This document shows, piece by piece, positions 1 through 13,586 of a DNA stretch of 64,000 nt (within the stretch, counting starts at the first letter, position 1; each line of letters begins with the position of its first letter). Source of the stretch: Squalus acanthias (taxonomy: Eukaryota); the NCBI GenBank assembly GCA_030390025.1, contig CM059431.1, positions 146,074,001-146,138,000 on the forward strand, given 5' to 3'. The notes under the pieces were generated by a model, which worked only from the letters and a program-made list of their open reading frames with translations, made no database searches and was not told the DNA's origin. The position numbers and the translations under genes are program-made.

Positions 1-24
1 ATCCTGAGACTGTGCCCCCTAGTT

Positions 25-571
25 AGAATCATAGAATGGTTACAGCACAGAAGGAGGCCATTCGGCCCGTCAAGCCCATGCCGGCTCTCTGCAAGAGCAC
101 TTCGGCTAGTCCCACTCCCCCGCCCTTTCCCCGTAGCCCTGCAATTTGTTTTCCTTCAGGTACTTATCCAATTCCTTTTTGAAAGCCACGATTGAGTCTG
201 CCTCCACCACCCTCTCAGGCAGTGAATTCCAGATCCTAACCACTCGCTGCGTAAAAAATGCTTTCCTCATGTCGCCTTTGGTTCTTCTGCCAATCACCTT
301 AAATCTGTGTCCTCTGGTTCTCGACCCTTCCGCCAATGGGGACAGTTTGTCTCTATCTATTCTGTCCAGGCCCCTCATGATTTTGAACACCTCTATCAAA
401 TCTCCTCTCAATCTTCTCTGCTCCAAGGAGAACAACCCCAACTTCTCCAGTCTATCCGCATAACTGAAGACCCTCATCCCTGGAACCATTCTCGTAAACC
501 TTTCCTGCACCCTCTCTAAGGCCTTCACATCCTTCCTAAAGTGCGGTGCCCAGAATTGGACACAATACTCC
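25..571 (-). mobile_element. CR1 LINE 3' fragment
   Basis: [16 protein letters not shown]...FFTQRVVRIWNSLP; TAGAATCA tail. Confidence 0.9.
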
Positions 572-574
572 TGG

Positions 575-2304
575 GGGGGGCTAAATTCGGTTGATTTGCA
601 CCTCCCGTTAGCGTCCTAAGAGGGCGGTAATGGGGCGTTATTCCACTAGCGCCTGGGCGCGGCGCCGCTAACGCCTCCCACGAAATTCAGCGGGAGGTTA
701 GCAGCGGCGCTAATCGTTAGCGCCGCACAGCGCTGCACCGTCAGCGATGATGTCATCGCCGTGTGCAGCGCACCGCTCGCGCCCCAGCTGTAATATTGGG
801 TGGCGCCCCCCGACATACCGCCGGACGCTATATCCGCTGGGAGCAGGGGGGGGGCCTTTCTGCGGCCGGGGCGGCGCTAGTGAAAGGGGAGGTGGCGGGC
901 GGCCATTTTTGTTGCTGGCCGCCTTCCAGCACCTGCCCCCGTTGCCGTCCCCGGCCCCTGTGAAGCCCCCCGTGGGGTGCCGGCTGCTCTTCGTGAGCCC
1001 GGCACTCCTCTTAAGGGGAGGAAGGCCTGCAGTACTGCGGGGCGATGTGCCGCAGCGGGTACATAGCGCTGCGATATTGGCTCGCAGCGCCCCAGGAGGG
1101 ACGCGGGGCGCTTCCAGTAGTGCCCCAGTGTAGGGTTCTCAAAATTCCCACATTCCCCAGGGTTACTAATAAGGGGTACCCTCGACAAAGTAGCTTCTAG
1201 ACCTCGTGGCAGAAGCCTGCGACATTGAACAGAAACCAGGGCCCTGCAAAAACAGCAGACCCGGTGACATGCAGACCTCAGTACAGGCTGCCAAAGGAGG
1301 CGGGGCTGGCCGCTACAGACAATGTTGTGTATTACATTTGGTCGACCTGTCTCCAGCCCCATCAAACTGTTTAGCATTTATACAAAGAAGTAAAGGCAAC
1401 ACAAATGAACAACCATCAGACCAGCAATCGTCCTCCACTGAACAAATATTTAATATCGTTAAAGGCCATCTCCTGCCATTAAAGTTAACTACCTTAACAA
1501 GCCCACCAGAATTAAACAAAGCACTGGGAAGATTTGGCGGGCAAATAAGGAACAATCCAGGAGTATAACTTTAGTCCTGTGCTGGAACAAGCCGGAGTTC
1601 TACAGAGACGAGACTGACAGTTTTGCAGGCTAGCAGTTTAAAACAAGCTGTTCAAGGCACACAGACAGACCACAAGCAGGACAGCTGAAGCACAGGAGTT
1701 CTCCAGTACACAGTTCAACAGAAAACAAGACCGTTCAACAAAGAAGGCCAGCGGCTCCAGAAACAGACCGACACGCAAGAAACCAGAGCAACGGTTCCAG
1801 TGACCATCAAACACCTCGAGGCACAAGGGCCTCATGAAACTTTTTACTTAAAACGACTTTAAACCATATCTGAACTGTCAAAGGATTCGTTTGGTGAGCA
1901 TTATCCCTGGTCCTCGAGAGTCTAACTTAGCTAGTAAAGTGAGGTTGGGAGGGGTGAGGTATTGTTCTACTGTCATTTCCCTTGTTTGTCCCGAAGTTAA
2001 GATTGACATGTTATGTTTCATCTCTCTTCAATAAACATTGGTTTTCCTCGCACCAATCCACGGGTCTGTTCGTTTGTCCTTATCGCCGCTCGATAAGTCC
2101 TGGGCTCAGAACTAATAAGGGGATAGCGATTCGCAACCGCACAGCGGGCAGGACAGCCCAGGAAAACATAACTGGCTGACCTACAAATAAGCCCGAGACA
2201 AAAACCCTTTACACCTCCTCCCTCTCGGGGTGCTACCTGGGAAAATCGGCCGTGGGGGCGCTAACTTTTTCGGGCGAAGGGGGCACTACCCCAATTTTTG
2301 CCCC
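575..2304. mobile_element. GC-rich non-autonomous Harbinger-like element carrying an LTR-like insert (~1129-2213)
   Basis: Ends GGGGCTAAATT...AATTTTTGCCCC flanked by CTG. The internal TGTAGGG...CCCTTTACA block has AATAAA, but no clean TSD was found. Confidence 0.5.
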
Positions 2305-2419
2305 CTGGACTCTCCAGCCAGGGGAAACAATCCTCTCTGCATCTACCCTGTCAATCCCCCTCAGAATCTTTTATGTTTCAACGAGATCATCTCTCATTTT
2401 TCTGAACTCCAGAGAGCAA

Positions 2420-3899
2420 TTCAATCGGGAGAAGTGTGAGGTAATGCATTTGGGGAGGGCTAACAAGGAAAGGGAATACACATTAAATGGTAGGACAGTG
2501 AGTAGTGTAGAGGAACAAAGGGACCTTGGAGTGCATGTCCACAGATCCCTGAAGGTAGCAGGCCAGGTAGATAAGGTGGTTAAGAAGGCATACGGAATGC
2601 TTGCCTTTATTAGCCATGGCATAGAATACAAGTCATGATGCGGAGATGCCGGTGTTGGACTGGGGTGGACAAAATTGAGAGGTCGCACAACACCAGGTTA
2701 TAGTCCAACAGTTTTATTTGAAATCACAAGCTTTCGGAACTATCGCTCCTTCCTCAGGTGAAGTAAATTGGATACAGAATCGTCAGAGCAGAAACTGATA
2801 GCCAAGTTCTGCACTCATGAAGACGGTCTCAATCGGGATCTTGGGTTTATGTCACGATACATGACGTGATCCGGACTCGAGTCGTCGTTAGCTTGTTCAC
2901 AGATGTGATTCCCAGTAAAAAAGTAAAAATTTTCCCAGTAAAAAAGTAAATTTTTTTTTTAAAGCTTTTCGTTTTACATACAGACGGCAGCTTTTGACAC
3001 GTTAGAACCCCTGCGACTTCACCTCATTGTCTCAGTTGTATCTTGCTATGTCTTTTGATGTGGTACCTTCCTGGCTGACTTAATTAACTTTATCACACCT
3101 CGGCAGATAGTCAGGATGATTTAATTTATTGGTCTGCAATTGTAAAGTACACATGCTTTTTTTTCCATCTATATATGCTCTGACGATTCTGTATCCAATT
3201 TACTTCACCTGAGGAAGGAGCGATAGTTCCGAAAGCTTGTGATTTCAAATAAAACTGTTGGACTATAACCTGGTGTTGTGCGACCTCTCAATAGAATACA
3301 AGAGCAGGGGGGGTTATGCTTCAACTGTATAAAACACTAGTTAGGCCTCAGCTAGAGCACTGCGTGTAGTTCTGGTCACCACATTACAGGAAAGATGTGA
3401 TTGCACTAGAAAGGGTACAGAGGAGATTTATGAGGATGTTGCCGGGAGTAGAGAATCTTAGCTATGAGGAAAGATTGGATAGGCTGGGTCTGTTTTCCTT
3501 GGAATAGAGGAGGCTGAGGGGAGACCTTATTGAGGTGTATAAAATGATGAGGGGCCTAGATAAAGTGGATAGAAAGGACCCATTTCCCTTAGAAGAGGGG
3601 TCAAAAACCAGGGGGCACAGATTTAAAGTAATTGGGGGAAGGTTTAGAGGGGATTTGAGGGGAAATTTCTTCACCCAGAGGGTTGTGGGGGTCTGGAACT
3701 CACTGCCTGAAAGGGTGGTAGAGGCAGAAACCCTCACCACATTTAAAATGTACTTGGATGTGCACTTGGGATGCTCTAACCTGCAGGGCTACGGATCAAG
3801 AGCTGGGAAGTGGGATTAGGCTGGATAGCTCTTTGTTGGCCAGTGTGGACACAATGGGCCGAAATGGCCTCCTTCTGTGCTGTAACTTTCTATGATTCT
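2420..3899 (+). mobile_element. CR1 LINE 3' fragment (split by Penelope)
   Basis: KCEVMHLG...QRDLGV...; 3' tail ttctatgattcta. Confidence 0.9.
2633..3290. mobile_element. Penelope-like element fragment with inverted terminal segment, inserted in CR1
   Basis: GIY-YIG C-terminal remnant EQKLIAKFCTHEDGLNRDLGFMSRYMT* (2786-2869); inverted repeat 2676-2780 / 3186-3292; TSD ATAGAATACAAG at 2621-2632 and 3291-3302. Confidence 0.8.
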
Positions 3900-5395
3900 A
3901 TGCGTATAGGCCCATTCTACACAATCTCTCATCATAGGACAGCCCTCTCATCCCAGGAATCAATCTAGCGAACCTTTGTTTCACCGCCTCTGAGACAAGT
4001 ATATCCTTCCTTAGATAAGGAGACCAAAACTGTGCACAGTACTCCAGGTGTGGTCTCACCAAGGCCCTGTACAATTGTAGCAAGACTTCCTTACTCTTAT
4101 ACTCCAACCCCCTTGCAATAAAGGCTAACATACAATTTGCCTTCCTAATTGCTTGCTGTACCTACTTGCTAGCTTTTTGTGTTTTGTGTACAAGGACCCC
4201 CGGATCCCTTTGAGCACCAACATTTCTTCCCATTTAAAAAATATTCTGATTTTCTATTGTACCTAACAAAGTGAATAACTTCACATTTCCCCACATCTGC
4301 GACCTTCTTGCCCAATCACTTAACCAGTCTATATCCCTTTGCAGACTCATTGGGCCAAAAATTCAGCCCTTGCCGGGTGAGTACGCACTGTGTACTCACC
4401 CGTAAGGCCTCCTGAAGTGCCGGTTTCCTGCATGCACTGCGCATGCGCGGGAAACCGGAACTTCCGGTCTGGTGAAGGGGGTGGTTCAGAGGTGAACCTC
4501 GTGCGCGGTAGAGGCTGCGCGCACGCAGCAAACTTAGGTTTTTTTTCAGGTTTTTCCGGAAGGGTAAGTATTGAAGAACCTGCACATTTAAAAAGGAGGC
4601 GCAGGACCCGTTTTCAACAAGCTAAGTGGTTAATTAATTATAATTTAAAAAAATTTTCAACAGCTTTATCTTTTTTAGATTCTTTAAAGAAAGGTAAGTT
4701 TATTTTTAGCACTGTTAAAAAGTATTTTAATTTTTTCAAAAATTTAAAAATTTTTGTTTAAAGTAGTTAATTTATTTAACATAGTTATTTTATAAATGTG
4801 ATGGTTTTTTTAACATTTATTTTAAGTTTAGCTGTTCTTTTGGGGCCAATTTCAATTCATAGATTTGACAGGTCTTCCTGTCAAATCTATGAATGAAAGA
4901 TGGTCTGCTGCCATTGGCTCTCCATGGCCCACGTGATCCCAGGGGACGCATCGCACTAACTGCGCCCCTGGGACACGCAAGCACTGCGCGCCGGCAGTTG
5001 GAGCAGGCCCAGGAGCTGAAGTTCCCGTGGCCCCAGAGGTCAACAGCAGGTGCGGTAGGTAAGTGCGCACGCGATCCTTACCCCCGCGGCAAGCCGGAGA
5101 GGCAAATTTCAGGGCCTTTGTGTTCTCCTCACAGCTTACTTTCACACCTAGCTTTGTATCGTCAGCAAACTTGGATACATTACCCTCGGTCCCTTAATCT
5201 AGGTCATTAATATAGATTGTAAATAGCTGAGGCCCCAACACTGATCATTGTGGCACCCCACAAGTTACAGCCTGCCAACCTGAAAATGACCCGTTTATCC
5301 CTACTCTCTGTTTTCCGTCCGTTAACCAATCCTCTATCCACGCTAATACATTACCCCCAACCCCACAAGCCCTTATCTTGTGCAACAACCTTTCG
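3900..5395 (-). mobile_element. CR1 LINE fragment (split by MITE)
   Basis: [25 protein letters not shown]...GVPQ. Confidence 0.85.
4352..5116 (+). mobile_element. ~760-bp Harbinger-type MITE, copy 1 (inside CR1)
   Basis: GGGCC..AAATT termini, GC-rich ends, AT-rich core and internal hairpins; homologous to 17676 and 34008. Confidence 0.8.
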
Positions 5396-5647
5396 TGAGG
5401 CGCCTTCTCGAATGATGACGAGCTGTTGTACGAGCCCCCTAATCTCCTCCACCTCCATCTCTGCCTCACAGCCTGTTAATGTCCTCTTGGAGTGTGTAGC
5501 CTCTCCTTATCTGTGTCACAGGCCTCCATAATTCTACCTGCCTCGGTGGCCATTCAGGGCTATCTGGTCTGTGCTATGGGGAGTCCTCAGTGAACCTCCT
5601 CGTCCCCTATCTCGGTTCCCATTCTCCTGGCTCAGCTTGTTTTGTTC

Positions 5648-6746
5648 ACACACGCACACTGAAATAGACACACACACTGAAAAATACAAACACACTGAAA
5701 TATACACACACACACACAATGAAATATACACACACACTGAAATATATACCTACACACACTGAAATACACATACACTGAAATAGACACACGCTGAAATAGA
5801 CACACGCTGAAATACACACACACTGAAATATATACACACTGAAATATACACACACACTGAAATATACAAACACACTGAAATAGACACACGCTGAAATAGA
5901 CACACGCTGAAATACACACACACTGAAATATATACATACTGAAAAATACACACACACTGAAATATACACACACTGAAATAGACACACACTGAAAAATACA
6001 AACACACTGAAATATACACACACACACACTGAAATATACACACACACTGAAATATACACCTACACACACTGAAATACACATACACTGAAATAGACACACA
6101 CTGAAATACACACACACTGAAATAGATACACACTGAAATATAAACACACACACTGAAATATACAAACACACTGAAATATACACACTGAAATATCTACATA
6201 CTGAAAAATACACACACTGAAATATACTCACACACAATGAAATATACACACACACACTGAAATAGACACACAAACTGAAATATACACACTGAAATATACA
6301 CACACACACTGAAATATATACACATACACACTGAAATATACACACACTGAAATATACACACACACTGAAATATACACACATACACACTGACATATGCACA
6401 CAAACACTGAAATATACACACACATTGAAATATACACACACGCACACTGAAATATACACACAAACACTGAAATATACACACACTGAAAAATACACACACA
6501 CTGAAATAGACAAACACTGAAATATATGCACACACTGAAATATACAAACACTGAAATATACGCACACACACTGAAATATACACACATGCACACTGAAATA
6601 TACACACAAACACTGAAATATACACAAACATTGAAATATACACAAACACTGAAATATACACATACACTGAAATATACACACACACACACAATGAAATATA
6701 CACACACACACACATTGAAATATACACACTGAAATATACACACACA
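5648..6746. repeat. CA-rich minisatellite CTGAAATATA(CA)n
   Basis: Direct inspection. Confidence 0.95.
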
Positions 6747-7479
6747 TAGGCCCTGTCTACTCTCTCAGATGGACGTAAAAGATCCCATGGCACTATTTCG
6801 GTGTCCTGACCAATATTTATCCCTCAATCAACATCACTAGAACAGATTATCTGGTCATTATCACATTGCTGTTTGTGGGAACTTGCTGTGTGCAGTTGGC
6901 TGCTGCGTTTCCCACAGTACAACAGGGAATGCACTTCCAAAAAAAAAAGTACTTCATTGGCTGTGAAGCGCTTTGGGACGTCCTGAGGTTGTGACGGGGA
7001 GCTTTTCTTTCTTTCAATCTTTCTATCTTTCTTTCTTTTTCCTTCTCGCCGTCGCTGCCTCCTGTCAATCAGCTCCTGCAATCGGAGAATCTGCTGCCCA
7101 AACCCCGGGGACCGGCAGGGAAAGGCCCCCGGGGAGGGATTTAAACCCCAGAGGGAGATAGAGAGAGGTGTTTCAGTGAGATCACTTCTCATTCTTCTAA
7201 ATTCTAGGGGTTATAGGCCTAGTCTCGGGTGACCATATTCTCTAAACCGAATCCAGGGAGGCACAGGGTGGGATCACAGCAAAGTAGCCAGGTTGGGATA
7301 TATGGGTTGCACAGTGTAGCGAGGCAGAAATATTTTACCAGCCGATATTTTAACATTTGGACATATAGACTACAAATCTGCATATAATTACTGCGGATCT
7401 GATGTTATTAAAGCTCATTCAGACACCTGACCGCCCCTTCCTGCGACTGAGGTCATTCCTGACCCCTCTTCCCACCCCC

Positions 7480-7805
7480 AGTTACTGAATTCCCACTCTC
7501 ACCGAGAAATTCACTCACTGAATTTCCACTCTCACCCCGACCATCACTGACTGAATTCCCACTCTCACCCCGACCATCACTCACTGAATTCCCACTCTCA
7601 CCCCAATCGTCACTCACTGAATTCCCACTCTCACCCCGACCGTCACTGACTGAATTTCCACTCTCACCCCGATCATCACTGACTGAATTCCCACTCTCAC
7701 CCCGACCATCACTGACTGAATTCCCACTCTCACCCCGATCATCACTGACTGAATTCCCACTCTCACCCCGACCATCACTCACTGAATTCCCACTCTCACC
7801 CCGAT
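7480..7805. repeat. 33-bp minisatellite ACTGAATTCCCACTCTCACCCCGACCATCACTG
   Basis: About 10 tandem units. Confidence 0.9.
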
Positions 7806-8539
7806 CCCCCTCTGCCCAACCTCACACCCGCCACTCTTTGTAGCCAGTTCCCCCGGCTCTGTGCTCCCATCCAAAGCTAGAGCTCCCTGGCTGACGACAG
7901 ATATAGAGATTAAAATGAAACAGAAAAAGGAGGCTTCTGATAAATGTCAAGCTCATAATTCAGCGCAGAACCGAACTGGGATACTGAAAGTACAGAGGAG
8001 AACTGAAAAAGGGAACTGGAGGGGCCAAGAGGGAGTATGAGAATAGATTAGCAGCTAATGTGACAGGGAAACCAAAAGTCTCTTAATTGTAAAACCCATA
8101 TCTTGTAAAAGGGAGGGTGGGACCAAAAATGGCCTCCTCCTGTGGAGGCAGAGGGCATGGCTGAGGTATTAAATGAGTTCTTTGCATCTGTCTTCACTAG
8201 AGAAGGGGGTCTTCCTAAAGTCTGTTGCCCAGAATTGGACACAGTTCTCCAGCTGGGGTTTGTAACGGTTTCGCATAACTTCCTTGTTTTTGTACCCTGT
8301 TCCTCTATTGATAAAGCCGAGGATCCTGTATGCTTTTTTAACAGCCTTCTCAACAGCTAAAATTAACTGACAAGCATTAATTTTAAACGCCGACGATTTG
8401 AAGAGTTACCTCCTCCTTTTAAACTCGGGTCTGGGGATTTACAGACTGACACGCGCTGATTCCCCGTGGCATTGCACAGCGGGGAGTCAAGACCAGTGTG
8501 GCTTGAGCTGAAACAGTGTTAGAGGGTGGTGGATGATTG

Positions 8540-9480
8540 GATCATAGAAACATAGAAGATAGGAGCAGGAGTAGGCCATTTTGCCCCTCGAGCCTGCTCT
8601 GCCATTCGATGAGATCATGGCTGATCATCCAAACTCAGTACCCTGTCCCTGCTTTCTCCCCATATCCCTTGATACCTTTAGCCTTAAGAAATATATCTAA
8701 CTCATTCTTGAATATATTTAATGAATTGGCCTCCACTGCCTTCTGTGGTAGAAATTCCACAGGTTCACCACTCTCTGGGTGAAGAAATTCTTCCTAATTT
8801 CTGTCCTAAATGGCTTACCCCTTATCCTTAGATTATGACCCCTGGTTCTGGACTCTCCGACCATCGGGAACATCCTTCCTGCATCTAGTTTGTCCAGACC
8901 TGTCAGAATTTTATATGTTTCGATGAGATCCCCTCTCATTCTTCTATACTCCAGCGAGTACAAGCCCAATCGACCCAATCTCTCCTCATATGTCATTCCT
9001 GCCATCCCAGGTATCAGCCTTGTGAATCTTCGCTGAACTCCTTCCATGGCAAGAACATCCTTCCTCAGATAAGGTGACCAAAACTGCACACAGTACTCAA
9101 GGTGTGGTCTCACTAAGGCCCTGTACAACTGCAGCAGGACATCCCTGTTCCTATACTCAAACCCTTTCGCTATGAAGGCCAACATACCATTTGCCTTCTT
9201 CACCGCCTGCTGCACCTGCATGCTTACCTTCAGCGACTGGTGCACAAGGACACCCAGGTCTCGTTGCACTTCCCCTTCTCCCAATCTATTGCCATTCAGA
9301 TAACAGTCAGCCTTTCTGTTTTTGACACCAAAGTGGATAACCTCGCATTTATCCACGTTACATTGCATCTGCCACGCTTCTGCCCACTCACCCAACCTGT
9401 CCAAATCATCCTGGAGTTTCTCGGTATCCTCCTCGCAGCACACACTCCCACCCAGCTTTGTATCATCTGCAAACTTGGAG
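8540..9480 (-). mobile_element. CR1 LINE 3' fragment
   Basis: ORF with [13 protein letters not shown] motif; near-identical to 40390-41375. Confidence 0.92.
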
Positions 9481-9739
9481 ACTTCATGCAGTCCCCATTT
9501 TACAGTCATTATTTTTACAAAAGGCGTTCTCGGGTGGATGTAAAAGTTCCCACGGCCACTATCTGAAGACAAGCAAGGGGGGAGTCCTGGGTCCAATATT
9601 TATCCCTCAACCAACACTGCTATCGGGCCACTAATCTTATTTGCTGTTTGCGGGATCTTGCTGTGAGCAGATTGGCTGCCGCGTTTCCTACATTACAACA
9701 GCGACCACACTTCAGACAAGAACTTCATTGGGTGCAAAG

Positions 9740-10625
9740 TGCACACTGTTCAGCGCCATTCACAACTCCTCAGATAATGAAGCAGTCCATGCCCGCATGC
9801 AACAAGACCTGGACGACGTTCAGGCTTGGGCTGACAAGTGGTAGGTAACATTCGCGCCATACAAGTGCCAGGCAATGACTATCTCCAACAAGCGAGAGTC
9901 TAACCACTGCCCCTTGACATTCAACGGCATTACCATCGCCGAATCCCCCACCATCAACATCCTGGGGGTCACCATTGACCAGAAACTCAACTGGATCAGC
10001 TACATAAATACTGTGGCAACAAGAGCAGGTCACAGGATGGGTATTCTGCGGCGAGTGTCTCACCTCCTGACTCCCCAAAGCCTTTCCACCATCTACAAGG
10101 CACAAGTAAGGAATGTGATGGAATACTCTCCATGCCTGGATGAGTGCAGCTCCAACAACACTCAAGAAGCTCGACACCATCCAGGACAAAGCACCCCACT
10201 TGATTGGCACCCCATCCACCACCTTAAACATTCACTCCCTCCACCACCGGCGCACCGTGGCTGCAGTGTGTACCATCTACAAGATGCACTGCAGCAACTC
10301 GCAAAGGCTTCTTCAGCAGCACCTCCCAAACCCGCGACCTCTGCCACCTAGAAGGACAAGGGCAACAGGCACACGGGAACACCACCACCTCCAAGTTCCC
10401 CTCCAAGTCACACACCATCCTGACTTGAAAATATATCGCGGATCCTTCATCGTCGCTGGGTCAAAATCCTGGAACTCCCTCCCTAACAGCACTGTGGGAG
10501 TACCTTCACCACACGGACTGCAGCGGTTCAAGAAGGCGGCTCACCACCACCTTCTCAAGGGCAATTAGGGATGGTCAATAAATGCTGACCTTGGCAGCGA
10601 CGCCCACATCCCATAAACAAATTTT
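9740..10625 (+). mobile_element. CR1/L2-group LINE 3' fragment (second family)
   Basis: ILGVTIDQKLNW...TIYKAQVR..MEY...WNSLP. Confidence 0.85.
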
Positions 10626-11149
10626 TAAAAAGTGCTTTGGGACGTCCTGAGGTGGTCAAAGGTGCAGTAGAAATGGGAGTTCTTCCATTCTGATATTATT
10701 ATTTACAGTTAAATAGCAAATCTTACAACAATTTGGGGAGCTGGAGATGCAGACTGAAGACCTGCAGCGCCATCAGTGGCAGGAGGGTGTAATTACAGTG
10801 TGACCAGGGAAACTGCAGTCCAGCAGTACTCCGAATACATGGAATGGAGGTCCCGGATAACCTTGGAACCATTTAATAAACATTGGGGTTGGGTGGGATG
10901 GGGTGGGGGGGGGGAGGTGGTGTGGGGTCGGGTGATGTATGGGCTTGCTGGAGGAAAGAATTAAGAAAGATGGATAGCCTTCCTTGTCTGTAGTTATCTT
11001 GTGGTCACTCGCTTCACTGCGGGAAGTGGGACCTTGCTGTGCAGAAAATGGCTGTGTTTTGTTCACTTCACAGCAAGTGACTGCACGTCAAAGTAATGCA
11101 AGTAATAAGGTGCCAAATAAATCCATTTGTTTTTTCAAAAGCAGTCTCA

Positions 11150-12506
11150 CTTCAAGAGGGACAGCCTCGCTATAACAGGGATGACCTCCCTATAAGGGGG
11201 GATGGTCTGGCTTTAAGAGGGGCGGCCTGGCTTTAAGATGGGCCATCTTGCTTTAAAAGGGACAATATCACTTTAAGAGTGACGGTCTCGCTTTAAGAGG
11301 GACGGGGATGGTCTCGCTTTAAGTAGAATGGTTTCACTTTGAGAGGGACGGTCTTGCTTTAAGAGTGTCAGGGACTTTCTCACTTTGAGAGGGGTGGTCT
11401 CGCTTTAAGAGGGACGCAGGACTGTCTCGCTTTAAAAGGGATGGTCTCGCTTTCAGAGGGTCGGGGACGGTCTCGCTTTAAGAGTCTCGGGGACGGTCTC
11501 GATTTAAGAGGGACAGGGACGGTCTCGCTTTAAGAGGGATGGGGACTGTCACGCTTTAAGAGGGACGGGGACTGTCTCGCTTTAAGAGGGATGGGGACAG
11601 GCTCGCTTTAAGAGTGCCGGGGACGGTCTCGATTTAAGAGGGATGGGATGGTCTTGCTTTAACACGGATGGTCTTGCTTTAAGTGGAATAACCTGGCTTT
11701 AAGAGGGGCAGCTGGTTTTAAGAGGGACGGTGATGGTCTCGCTTTAAGTAGAATGGTTTCACTTTAAGAGGGACGGTCTTGCTTTAAGATTGTTGGGGAG
11801 GGTCTCGCTTTAAGAGGGACGGTCTCGCTTTAAGAGGGACGCAGGACTGTCTCGCTTTAAAAGGGATGGTCTCGCTTTCAGAGGGTCGGGGACGGTCTCG
11901 CTTTAAGAGTCTCGGGGACGGTCTCGATTTAAGAGGGACAGGGACTGTCTCGCTTTAAGAGGGATGGGGACTGTCTCGCTTTAAGAGGGACGGGGACTGT
12001 CTCGCTTTAAGAGGGATGGGGACAGGCTCGCTTTAAGAGTGACGGGGACGGTCTCGATTTAAGAGGGATGGGATGGTCTTGCTTTAACACGGATGGTCTT
12101 GCTTTAAGTGGAACAACCTGGCTTTAAGAGGGGCAGCTGGTTTTAAGAGGGACGGTGATGGTCTTGCTTTAAGTAGAATGGTTTCACTTTAAGAGGGACG
12201 GTCTTGCTTTAAGATTGTTGGGGAGGGTCTCGCTTTAAGAGGGACGGTCTCGCTTTAAGAATTATCGGCCTCGCTTTAAGAGGGATGCGGGACTGTCTCG
12301 CTTTAAAAGGGACGGTCTCGCTTTAAGAGTGTCGGGGACGGTCTCGCTTTAAAAGGGACGGTCTCGCTTTAAGAGTGTCGGGGACGGTCTCGCTTTAAAA
12401 GGGACGGTCTCGCTTTAAGAGTGTCGGGGACGGTCTCGCTTTAAGAGGGACGGTCTCGCTTTAAGAGGGACGGTCTCGCTTTAAGAGTGTTGGGGACAGT
12501 CTCGCT
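11150..12506. repeat. GGGACGGTCTCGCTTTAAGA minisatellite, left block
   Basis: Variable 20-28-bp units with a higher-order duplication (~11380-11810 repeated ~11800-12240). Confidence 0.93.
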
Positions 12507-12868
12507 TGTAAGATTCGGATCACAGATCACACACAGATTACCCAAAGGGTCTTAGGAGATCTTCCCTTTTCTCCTTTATTCCATCATAGCTATTTTATCC
12601 TTTCTCCCATAAGCCAATTTTCAATTTCTGATGTTTTCTACTGAATCTCATTCTGTACTGGTTACTGCCACTGGGAATCTGGGAGAGTCGGGTGGGTGTC
12701 CACCCGAACCACCGGGGCGCACACGGGGGTGACTGAGTTGAGTTTGCGATAGTCAATAGTCATCCGATAGTAACCCAGTTTTCTAACTGACCAATCTGGG
12801 GAGCAGGTCATGAACATGCCTTTGCCAACAACACCCTGCTTTAGCTCCAAGGGAAGGGGTCCTTGTAT

Positions 12869-13586
12869 CTTCGACCTGTAACGTTAACTCTGTTACGAAA
12901 GGTCTTCGACCTGAAACGTTAACTCTGTTACGAAAGGTCTTCGACCTGTAACGTTAACTCTGTTACGAAAGGTCTTCGACCTGAAACGTTAACTCTGTTA
13001 CAAAAGGTCTTCGAACTGAAACGTTAACTCTATTACGAAAGGTCTTCGACCTGTAACGTTAACTCTGTTACGAAAGGTCTTCGACCTGTAATGTTAACTC
13101 TGTTACAAAAGGTCTTCGACCTGTAACGTTAACTCTATTACGAAAGGTCTTCGACCTGTAACGTTAACTCTGTTACGAAAGGTCTTCGACCTGTAACGTT
13201 AACTCTGTTGCGAAAGGTCTTCGACCTGTAACGTTAACTCTGTTACGAAAGGTCTTCGACCTGTAACGTTAACTCTGTTACGAAAGGTCTTCGACCTGTA
13301 ACGTTATCTCTGTTACAAAAGGTCTTCGACCTGTAACGTTAACTCTGTTACGAAAGGTCTTCGACCTGTAACGTTAACTCTGTTACGAAAGGTCTTCGAC
13401 CTGTAACGTTAACTCTGTTGCGAAAGGGCTTCGACCTGTGACGTTAACTCTGTTACGAAAGGTCTTCGACCTGAAACGTTAATTCTGTTTCTCTCTCCAC
13501 GGATGCTGCCTGGCCTGCTGAGTTTTTCCAGCGTTTTCTGTTGTTATTTCGGATATGCAGCATCCACAGTATTTTGCTATTGTATT
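12869..13586 (+). mobile_element. Penelope-type 3' fragment with a tandem 35-bp array (~17 units, 12870-13485)
   Basis: Unit TGTTACGAAAGGTCTTCGACCTGTAACGTTAACTC, followed by the tail tgtttctctctccacggatgctgcctggcctgctgag. 12-bp TSD GGGTCCTTGTAT at 12857-12868 and 13587-13598. Confidence 0.75.

Noticed and set aside
5632..6793. Cys/Val-rich ORFs
   Set aside because: Translations of the CA/TG minisatellite.
12870..13485. CRISPR-like array of 35-bp palindromic repeats
   Set aside because: Units are directly adjacent with no unique spacers, there are no cas genes, the context is vertebrate, and the array is bounded by a retroelement TSD.
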